64,000 nucleotides of DNA, taken from positions 1-64,000 of the forward strand of contig CAZSKP010000025.1 of assembly GCA_964607485.1 (NCBI GenBank), written 5' to 3'. A program made the position numbers and the translations under genes. A model generated the notes under the pieces. The model was not told the origin of the DNA, did not search any database, and was given only the letters and a program-made list of their open reading frames with translations. Below are positions 56,474-64,000 of this stretch, piece after piece (the first letter of the stretch is position 1; every line of letters begins with the position of its first letter). This DNA is from an uncultured bacterium (GTDB lineage Bacteria; Abyssobacteria; SURF-5).

Positions 56474-58030
56474 CTATTCGAATTTTAGAAGCTTCAAGAC
56501 GAGACTTGTGACGGTGCCGTACAAATACGCAATTACCGGGATAAACAGAAAGATGGCCGCCATCCTTAGAATCTTTTGTTGCGTATGCTCAGTGGGACCG
56601 AGGAACGACATTATCGGTTCCTGAAACTGAAACACGAGGAAGTACAAGACCGCCACGGCGGCGGCATAAAGCCCTATCTTCAAGAACTGCCTCTTGCCGA
56701 CAAGATATTTTTTCTGCAACTCATCCGCCATAATCACCGGCACCCTGACACGGTCTGAGAGATAACCGCCCAGCTCTCTCATCATTCGCATCTGCGTCTC
56801 ATGAGACTTCGAGAGGAACAGGTCGCCGAGCACGATGAGGCTGTATTTGACATCCTTTCGGATGACGGAAAGCAGCGTGTGGTAGTTTCCCTTCATAGTA
56901 TGAGCGCCGCCGGAACGGCCGATGTTGACGAGTTCCTGGATTGTCGCCGAGACACCTCCTTCGTCCTGCTCGGGCTCGACTTCAACATCGTCCTCTATTC
57001 CCCCATTATACTCCGACTTTCGAGAGCCTCCGTCGACCGGTCCTGCCGCAGCTCGCGCGGGCTCTTCGAAGGCCTGAACTGTCTCGACGTATGAACCTCC
57101 GAACAAATCTTCCAGATCGGGAGGAACGGTGAATCGCACAAGCTCGATGGCGGCGTCCCATCTCTTCGCTATCTGGTTGAGCTGGTGAAAGGCCGCGCAG
57201 TGCGGGTCGAACTTCTCCTGAACCCAGAGGATGTTGGTGCTGGCCATCGTGCACATCAATTCCTTGCACCCCTCCAGGCCTTCCAGCACCTTTGGAATCA
57301 ACTCGGCCACGCCGGGCTGCCTCGGCATGTATGTCACCGTGACGACGCCGTTGGTGGCGCGCACCTTCAAGTCGGCATTGGCTGTCTGAGGGTCCATGGC
57401 CAATCTTTTTCGGGCCCTTACCTCAAGGCTTCGATTTTCCAGCGTTCTCTGCGAGGCCGGCGTGGGCTTGAAGTCGGGCAAATCCGCCATGTAGCACAAC
57501 ATCGCGCTGGCATTGGGCAAGCTCATATTTTCCAGGTTCACGACGACATCATACTGGCTGGGTTCGTCGCGCTCTATGTTGTAGAAATAACGTACCCACC
57601 TTTCGATGTCCTCGTCGATGTTCCTTACATACTCGTCGGCCTTTTCTCTGCCGAGCTTCAGGTTCTCCATCGCCTCCGCAATCCGGGTCTCGCGGCCCAC
57701 CACCAGACGAACCTTTATGATATGAGATATGCCCTGCAGCAGCATGTGCCCGGCTCGACCGTGATAAACAAAATCCTGCTTCAAGGCGCGCTCGCAAAGG
57801 TTGGACGTGATGAAAGCGAGATAGCGCTCCTTTTGCCTGGCTACCCGCTCGTTCATAGCTGGAGACTTGATCATCGCCATTTCGAGTTTTCCGACGGGAA
57901 TGCCCGCCTGCGTGGCTTCGTCGATCAAGTCTTCGCGACAAAGGCAGGAACATCCGAGCTTTTTCGCCAGGTCCTCGGCCAACTGCTTCCGCGAAGTCTT
58001 GGACTCGCTCGAAATAAATATGAGAGGCAT
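56474..58030 (-). CDS. Fusion of cytidylate-kinase-like, BON-like, USP-like and two C-terminal TM segments
   Basis: 'FVYHGRAGH', 'YDVVVN', USP-like end 'SLIVLG..DRVRVPVI', C-terminal TM pair. Confidence 0.7.
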   Translation of the reverse strand: MPLIFISSESKTSRKQLAEDLAKKLGCSCLCREDLIDEATQAGIPVGKLEMAMIKSPAMNERVARQKERYLAFITSNLCERALKQDFVYHGRAGHMLLQGISHIIKVRLVVGRETRIAEAMENLKLGREKADEYVRNIDEDIERWVRYFYNIERDEPSQYDVVVNLENMSLPNASAMLCYMADLPDFKPTPASQRTLENRSLEVRARKRLAMDPQTANADLKVRATNGVVTVTYMPRQPGVAELIPKVLEGLEGCKELMCTMASTNILWVQEKFDPHCAAFHQLNQIAKRWDAAIELVRFTVPPDLEDLFGGSYVETVQAFEEPARAAAGPVDGGSRKSEYNGGIEDDVEVEPEQDEGGVSATIQELVNIGRSGGAHTMKGNYHTLLSVIRKDVKYSLIVLGDLFLSKSHETQMRMMRELGGYLSDRVRVPVIMADELQKKYLVGKRQFLKIGLYAAAVAVLYFLVFQFQEPIMSFLGPTEHTQQKILRMAAIFLFIPVIAYLYGTVTSLVLKLLKFE

Positions 58031-58604
58031 GGTTCCGCTTTTCCTCCTCCCTCTCCCCCACCGGGTGGGTGTGTGAATGTCCCCGCCTTCTCGTAGGGGA
58101 CCCGGCCCGACTGAGGCGGCTGGTCCGGCGCGTCTCAGGCCAAAGGCAAAGACACCGCAACGGCCGGAAAAGGGCTAATGCTCTTTGCGACAATAACCCG
58201 AAGGCGAAAATCCCTCGGGCACAATATATTCCTCTGAGTCAGTCAATATGAATAATTGCTGAAACGGCTTTCCAGCCGGAGATTACCTCGTCAATATTGT
58301 GGGGTGTCGAAGGCCTCTCCCTCACTGGATCGCTTTCAAGAATGCTCGGTTGCTCCGGTTTTTCAGCAAGTCGCATCTATGGGATGGCAGCGACCACCAT
58401 GTCGTTGTGCGCTCATTCCTCGACAACATGTGCAAGTGAGCGAACAACCAGATTATACAACATGTCCGTCTCGCAGTCAACCGCATCAGAATGCCCCGGC
58501 GCCTTGCGGGCAGGAGCCCTCTCATTCGACGGTGGGCGTGTGGTATAATGACCTTTCTCGGATTTCAGACCCAATTTCGCTTCTCCATGCGTGGAGTCGG
58601 CCGA

Positions 58605-60119
58605 ATGAAGACAGGCGCTTTGAGCCGGACATCGAATTTTCTGAGATACGCACTGCTCATCTGTGCACTTGCGTACATCGTCCTCTATATCGCTCTTGCC
58701 TTTTCCCGTATCCGGTATCCGTTTGAATTAGAGTGGCAGGAAGGGGGCACGGTGGACCACGTAAGGAGGATACTCTCGGGGGAAAGACTGTATGTCGCTC
58801 CGTCTCTGGAATTCATCCCGTTCATATACACCCCTCTCTACTACTACGTTTCGGCAGTCGCTTCAAAGATTATCGGCGTAGGATTCGTGCCGCTCAGGCT
58901 GGTGTCGTTCATCTCGTCATTGGGCTGCTTCCTCGTCATTTTTCTCATGGTTAAGCGAGAGACGGGGAGCAACTTCTCGGGCGCGCTTGCCTCCGGCCTG
59001 TTTGCGGCAACCTTCAAGATAAGCGGTTCGTGGTTTGACATCGCAAGAGTGGACTCGCTGTTTCTTTTTCTCCTTTTGCTGGCGCTCTATTTGATAAGAT
59101 TCAGGACTTCGCTGAAATCGTATGTCCTCGCGGGAATGCTTATCTCGCTTTCTTTTCTGACCAAGCAGACGGCGCTGCTTATCTCGCTGCCGGTAATGGC
59201 CTATTGCGTCTATTCGAATCGTCGCTCCGGCGCCGTCCTCATCGGCACCTCGTTTGCAGCTATTGGTCTGAGCACATGGTTGCTCAATCATGTTAATGAC
59301 GGTTGGTACGTGTACTACGTCTTCGACTTGCCGAGAAAACATGCCATCGTAAAAAACATGATCCTCAGCTTTTGGGCCAAGGATCTGGCGTGGCCGCTTC
59401 CGATCGCCTTCGGTGTGTCGGTTTTTTCTCTGTACGCCGACATCCGAGCCCCTGACAAGAGGAGATCCCTTTTCTACCTCTCGATGGCAGTGGGGATGCT
59501 GGGAGGAGGCTGGTTCTCGAGGCTGCATCTCGGAGGGGAGGCGAATGTGCTGTTCCCCGCCTACGCCGCCATAGCAATCCTGTTCGGGATAGGAACACAT
59601 CGGGCGTTTGGGCTCGCTTCGGCCGCGCCCCCGAGCAGGGCGAAACCGATGGAAATCCTAATCTGCGTCCTCTCCATTCTGCAATTCTCTTTCCTCATAT
59701 ATAATCCTTTCCCCCAGGTTCCAACCGAGAAGGACGTAGAGGCGGGAAGGCGCTTCATCCGCACGATGGCACAGATGGAAGGGGAGGTGTACGTTCCTTA
59801 TCACGGTTATCTGCCCGTCCTGGCCGGCAAGAAGACGCACGCGCATGCGATGGCCATGATCGACGTTCTGAGGGGAGATCAGGGACAGGTCAGGGCGAGA
59901 CTGGTCGTCGAGCTGAGGCAGGCGCTGCTGCAGCGAAGATTCGGCGCAATTATCCTTGATTCGGGTCAGTTTATGAAGGATTGGTTCCAAAAGAAGGATT
60001 TTGAAGGGTATTGCATGACGGAACAACCGTTCTTTGAAGACAAATCCGTATTCTGGACGATTTCGGGTATGAAGACCAGGCCGCAGACGATAGTTTACGT
60101 TTGTTCGCACGACGACTGA
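58605..60119 (+). CDS. GT-C/ArnT-like membrane glycosyltransferase
   Basis: 'YPFELEWQEG', 'YTPLYY', 'ARVDSL', 'TKQT', many TM helices. Confidence 0.75.
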   Translation: MKTGALSRTSNFLRYALLICALAYIVLYIALAFSRIRYPFELEWQEGGTVDHVRRILSGERLYVAPSLEFIPFIYTPLYYYVSAVASKIIGVGFVPLRLVSFISSLGCFLVIFLMVKRETGSNFSGALASGLFAATFKISGSWFDIARVDSLFLFLLLLALYLIRFRTSLKSYVLAGMLISLSFLTKQTALLISLPVMAYCVYSNRRSGAVLIGTSFAAIGLSTWLLNHVNDGWYVYYVFDLPRKHAIVKNMILSFWAKDLAWPLPIAFGVSVFSLYADIRAPDKRRSLFYLSMAVGMLGGGWFSRLHLGGEANVLFPAYAAIAILFGIGTHRAFGLASAAPPSRAKPMEILICVLSILQFSFLIYNPFPQVPTEKDVEAGRRFIRTMAQMEGEVYVPYHGYLPVLAGKKTHAHAMAMIDVLRGDQGQVRARLVVELRQALLQRRFGAIILDSGQFMKDWFQKKDFEGYCMTEQPFFEDKSVFWTISGMKTRPQTIVYVCSHDD

Positions 60120-60130
60120 CGCATGCCTTG

Positions 60131-61441
60131 TCAGGTCCCAGGGGCAAGACGGTCGGCCACCTTACGGGCCGAGCGCACCACAGTCTCTATCGTCGAGTGT
60201 CCGTAGTAATCTCCGACCAGATGCAATCCTTCGACCCGGCCGACGCTGTTCAGAAAATCTCTCAGCCTCCGATACACGCCGACTTCGTATCGGGGCATCC
60301 CCGTGTGATGCCGCACCACCTCGAAGGATTCCACCTCTTCATCGAACTCCGGTACGACACGCTTCATTTCGCTCCTGGCCAGCTCGACGATTCTCTCGTC
60401 GGTCTCATCGATAAGCTGGTCGCCTGCTTCGCCGACAAACCACGCCTGAAGAACGGAGTTGCCGGAGGGAACCATCTGGTCGCACTTGAAGGCTGCGTCG
60501 GACGTGAACGACGCCTTGAAATTCTCGGTCCGGGAGAATACATACGCCCAATGATTTTCCGGAAGGCGCCGCTTCATGAAGAACACCGCCATGGGGAACT
60601 GAGAGTATTTGAAATCTCTGATGACGTCTTTCTCTTTATCCGTGAGAATGGGAAGCAAACGGGCCAGCTCCTTCAGCGGCGTTGCGCAAATGACATCAGC
60701 CGCCCCTATCCTCCTCATCTCCCCTCCGACCAGCACGCGTACTCCCGTGACCCGGCCCGACTCCGTCTGGATTTCTTGCGCGTCGGCGTTGTAGGTAACG
60801 GGAAGCGTTCGCGCCAGACGGTCGGGCAGCGTGTACATCCCCGTGGGCAGGCAGGTATCGGAAGATGTGAGGAACTGCTTGGTTATCCTCAAGAAATGCG
60901 CAAGGCTTTCCCCCTCGGGGTCGGACAGGTTGAACGCGGTGATAATCGGACGCACGAGAAATTCCAGAACGTCCTTGTCGCATTTTTGCAGAATATGCTC
61001 CGCAAGCTCGATGTCCTCAAATTCCTCCAGGGGGTCGTTATAATACGTGTCGATCCTTCGGAAATTTCTCAGCGTGGTCCAGATGAGCCTCGCAAACTTC
61101 AGGTTGGAGCCGAGCGGTATCAGCCTGTATCTCAGAGTGTTGTGTTTTACCAGGAATCCGCGCCCGTTCCGGATCAACTTCACGGGCGGCCTGATGGGCA
61201 GAAGCTTCTCTCTGAGGCCGAGCGTGTCGAGCAGTTTCAGCGTTTCGACATAGTTGGTGTGAAAATACTGAGCCCCAACATCGACGCGGGCACCCTCTCT
61301 TTCGAGCAGTTGTATCCTCCCGCCCGGAATGGAAGAGCGCTCGTATATTTCCACTTCACGGCCCGACTCGCGCAGAAAGTGGCCCGAGGCTAATCCGCCT
61401 ATCCCGGCTCCTATTATTACGACCTTCTGAGATGGTTCCAT
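60131..61441 (-). CDS. FAD-dependent oxidoreductase (protoporphyrinogen/amine oxidase-like)
   Basis: 'IIGAGIGGL', 'GGRI', 'DVGAQYF', 'LVGDY'. Confidence 0.88.
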   Translation of the reverse strand: MEPSQKVVIIGAGIGGLASGHFLRESGREVEIYERSSIPGGRIQLLEREGARVDVGAQYFHTNYVETLKLLDTLGLREKLLPIRPPVKLIRNGRGFLVKHNTLRYRLIPLGSNLKFARLIWTTLRNFRRIDTYYNDPLEEFEDIELAEHILQKCDKDVLEFLVRPIITAFNLSDPEGESLAHFLRITKQFLTSSDTCLPTGMYTLPDRLARTLPVTYNADAQEIQTESGRVTGVRVLVGGEMRRIGAADVICATPLKELARLLPILTDKEKDVIRDFKYSQFPMAVFFMKRRLPENHWAYVFSRTENFKASFTSDAAFKCDQMVPSGNSVLQAWFVGEAGDQLIDETDERIVELARSEMKRVVPEFDEEVESFEVVRHHTGMPRYEVGVYRRLRDFLNSVGRVEGLHLVGDYYGHSTIETVVRSARKVADRLAPGT

Positions 61442-61481
61442 AGCCGTTCGCTCCTCAAATCACATTCCGCTCGCATATGGC

Positions 61482-61513
61482 AAAAACGGCTCACATCGAG
61501 ATGTGAGCCGTTT
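61482..61513 (-). terminator. Intrinsic terminator after the radical SAM gene
   Basis: AAACGGCTCACATC-GA-GATGTGAGCCGTTT with T run on the minus strand. Confidence 0.7.
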
Positions 61514-61592
61514 GGGAACATCCAGCTATTTGACACTGCCCGCTCTCAAAAGGTATCCATGACGAGCCCGGCCGATATGATGCTCCGCCGGG

Positions 61593-63689
61593 CTATTGGG
61601 AAACGCCTACGGCCTCGAGCGTGGCCTTCGCAAGCCCTGTGAGCGCCGGATGCGTGAGAACCTTCTTCAGGTCGCCGCCGCTCTTCAGTTCCTCCGCGTA
61701 ATATTCCAGCAGCGCGGCGAGGTTCTCCTTGGCATTCCCGACCATGAAGTCTATCTCGTTCTCCGGATTCTCGCCGGCCTCGACGGCTTTCGCCAGAAGG
61801 CCAACGATTCCCTCCCGCAACTCGGCGGAGAACGCGCTCACGTCCAGCCGGGGCGCTCGCAGATGGCCTGCAAGACAGTTCAGGAGCGATGAGCCGTCGT
61901 CTCGGAGCTCACTCACAACATCGTGCAGCTTTGAGTCGGGGTAATCCAGAACCTGGGCCGCCGCGTGCGCGACCCCCAGCAACGACTGCTCGGCAGCCTG
62001 GATCTTCATGTCGCGTACGTAGTTTGGGTCCTGAGTGAGGTATTCCTTCCTGTAGGGGAGGCTGCCGTCGTCCTTAATGTCCTTTCCGAAGTAGTAGTAT
62101 CGCTTGGCGGGGGGGATCTTTATATAGCGATTAGCAGGGTTGATTATCTCCTTCAGAGTCGCCCATGCCGCCTTGAGTTCAGTGTATTTCCCCTGCACTT
62201 TCAGGAAGGTCGAAGGCTCTCCGAAATGCTGTTTCCAGCGCTGCTCCGCTTCCTTGACCATCCGCCTCACGCGGCCGTTCGGGGCGAAGCGCTCAAGCGC
62301 GGGAATCATCGTGCATGCCTGAAACAACTGGTTGCGGTGGCGCTCGGCAATCTGCCGGAAATACACGTCGTCGGAGTCCTTGTACCGCTCGTATCCCTGA
62401 AAGTGAACCTTTATCATTCGGAGAATGCTCGGCCCCCACGTGTTGAGCATCCGCTCGTCGCCGTTTCGGATGTACTCCAGTATCTCGTGCTCGTAGAGAT
62501 TCTTATGAATCATGCCGCCGCCGTAGAAGCTCACGTCCTCCCACTTGAACGGCTTCACGCGGCCTTCTTCCTTCAGCCGCTTGTAGAGGGGAGTGCCGGG
62601 ATAGGGAGTCACGCGCGTCAGCTGCGCCGTCGTGGGTTCACACGCGAGCAGGTACTGGAAGTCTTCCTCCATTGTTTCGCGCGTGTGGAAGTCGAAGCCG
62701 GCCATCCAACCGATGGTCGTGCTCATGCCCCGTGCGTAGAGCTGGTGGAAAATCTCCTTCGCATCGCCCACCCGCTTGCCGTATCCCTCGTCGGGAGCGA
62801 ACTTGGACTCGAGCCCGATGAACAGATGGGCGATGTTGCAATGAGCCAGGTCATCCAAATCGTCATACGTCGAGAGCGTATTGATGCTGGTGAGAATGGT
62901 TATCATGAACTGTGAGAAGTCTATCTCCGGGTCTTCGCGCAACAGACGCCCCACCTCGAGAATGAAGTCTTTGTCCTGGTCTTCTTCGTAAACGATGAAG
63001 TTTGTGCCGGGCATGTGCTGCTGGCACATTTTTATCTCGTTCTTCACCTGCTCGGGCGAAACCAAAACGATGCGCTTGCCGCCGAAATGGGTGGTCGTCG
63101 TGCAGAAATCGCAGCCGCGGTTGCACCCCACGGCCGCAATGAGCGCGGTCGTCTCACCCTCAGGCCATCTGTTGAGCCACGGCACCGACCCGAACGAGCA
63201 GCGGGGCAGGAAATGCTGTCGGACGGGCGCGTTCACGTCGTCGCCCAGAAGCTCGCGGAACCATCGCACGCCGTCGCCCAGCACAACGTAGTCCGCAAGT
63301 TTCTTCCATTCCTCCTCGGGATAATACGCACCCACGCTCTGAGCGACAAAGCTCCCCAGTACGACTTTGCTCTGAGGCGAGTACTTTCGCACCATCCGGC
63401 ACATCTCCATCACGCTCTCGAGGTTCGGCGTGAGCGCGGAAATGCCCACGTAATCGTAGCCCTTCTTGACCTCCTCGATCCAGTTCTCCATTCTCGGATG
63501 GTCCAAGACCACACACGGAACGGAGATGTTCTGCGCGATTATGAATGAACCGACGAGGTGCATGTGTCCCTCGTGCGTGAAGATTCCCTGCCCCTTCATG
63601 AACCGTTGTCGCATGATGTCGGTCGGCGTATCGTGCCACGGCTGGATGGGGTAAGGAGTGACCGGTGTGGAAAGCAGAACGCGTTTCAT
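61593..63689 (-). CDS. Cobalamin-dependent radical SAM protein
   Basis: N-terminal B12-binding-like domain ('YDYVGIS', 'VVLGDG'), CNRGCDFC, 'IGLES', 'TPYPGTPLY'. Confidence 0.88.
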   Translation of the reverse strand: MKRVLLSTPVTPYPIQPWHDTPTDIMRQRFMKGQGIFTHEGHMHLVGSFIIAQNISVPCVVLDHPRMENWIEEVKKGYDYVGISALTPNLESVMEMCRMVRKYSPQSKVVLGSFVAQSVGAYYPEEEWKKLADYVVLGDGVRWFRELLGDDVNAPVRQHFLPRCSFGSVPWLNRWPEGETTALIAAVGCNRGCDFCTTTTHFGGKRIVLVSPEQVKNEIKMCQQHMPGTNFIVYEEDQDKDFILEVGRLLREDPEIDFSQFMITILTSINTLSTYDDLDDLAHCNIAHLFIGLESKFAPDEGYGKRVGDAKEIFHQLYARGMSTTIGWMAGFDFHTRETMEEDFQYLLACEPTTAQLTRVTPYPGTPLYKRLKEEGRVKPFKWEDVSFYGGGMIHKNLYEHEILEYIRNGDERMLNTWGPSILRMIKVHFQGYERYKDSDDVYFRQIAERHRNQLFQACTMIPALERFAPNGRVRRMVKEAEQRWKQHFGEPSTFLKVQGKYTELKAAWATLKEIINPANRYIKIPPAKRYYYFGKDIKDDGSLPYRKEYLTQDPNYVRDMKIQAAEQSLLGVAHAAAQVLDYPDSKLHDVVSELRDDGSSLLNCLAGHLRAPRLDVSAFSAELREGIVGLLAKAVEAGENPENEIDFMVGNAKENLAALLEYYAEELKSGGDLKKVLTHPALTGLAKATLEAVGVSQ

Positions 63690-63755
63690 TTGTGCTTCGC
63701 CCCCCTTGTTTGTTCCCTTGGCGGGAAAATCGGAGTCAACCTACCATTTATCTAT

Positions 63756-63783
63756 ATTATAACGATTCTGTTGACTGAGTCAA
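63756..63783 (-). promoter_or_regulatory. sigma70 promoter for the radical SAM gene
   Basis: TTGACT-N16-TATAAT on minus; the -35 lies in the palindrome TTGACT-G-AGTCAA. Confidence 0.55.
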
Positions 63784-63886
63784 GTAAAATTTATGAATGA
63801 GCTTCATTTTCATCACCCGAACGCCATTTTCGGCCCAGAATTCAACAGTTCGATTGATGAATGAACATTCATTCACAATAGCCGCG

Positions 63887-64000
63887 CTACGTCACCCGAT
63901 ACGGATAGTAGCCACGGGCAATGTCGAAGCGACCGAGCTGCGCGCCACCCAGCCAGAGCTGTATCTCCTTCACGTCGCGCCAGTACTTTTCCACATGATA
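63887..64000 (-). CDS. Acyl-CoA dehydrogenase, C-terminal end (runs off window end)
   Basis: Not in ORF track: ...YHVEKYWRDVKEIQLWLGGAQLGRFDIARGYYPYRVT*, matching the ACAD 'VE+..RD.K..Q' motif. Confidence 0.75.
   Translation of the reverse strand, partial: YHVEKYWRDVKEIQLWLGGAQLGRFDIARGYYPYRVT

Noticed and set aside
61593-63689. Radical SAM gene as the missing GRE activase
   Set aside because: It has a B12-binding-like domain and lacks the activase GCPLRCxWCxNPE motif.

Overview
GC-rich, diderm, probably anaerobic bacterial DNA. Coordinates 6.4-30.3 kb are an extracellular-electron-transfer locus, almost all on the minus strand. It has eight c-type cytochrome genes carrying 92 canonical CXXCH motifs (20, 9+1 atypical, 6, 6, 16, 26, 7+1 degenerate, 2). 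Two are OmcS/OmcT-like hexahemes (candidate nanowire subunits). The locus also encodes two NHL beta-propellers, an outer-membrane barrel with a complete NHL propeller inserted into it, two CsgG/DUF799-like lipoproteins, an MtrA/MtrB-like porin-cytochrome pair, its own system II (ResB/CcsA) heme-maturation genes, a PilZ protein, and three sigma54-type promoters, two with palindromic enhancer-like sites. The rest holds a molybdopterin oxidoreductase with ferredoxin-like neighbours, a sulfatase-like lipoprotein, VIT-VWA, AtuA-like/DUF4387, ilvC with a basic tail, CapA, a low-GC islet with integron attC-like signatures, and a TetR plus glycyl radical enzyme with no adjacent activase. It also holds GT-C-like membrane proteins, SulP behind a structured leader, a TauE/cytidylate-kinase-like/two-component block, an FAD oxidoreductase and a B12 radical SAM enzyme. 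No rRNA, tRNA, CRISPR array or transposase was recognised. All homology calls are by eye from motifs; no database search was run.
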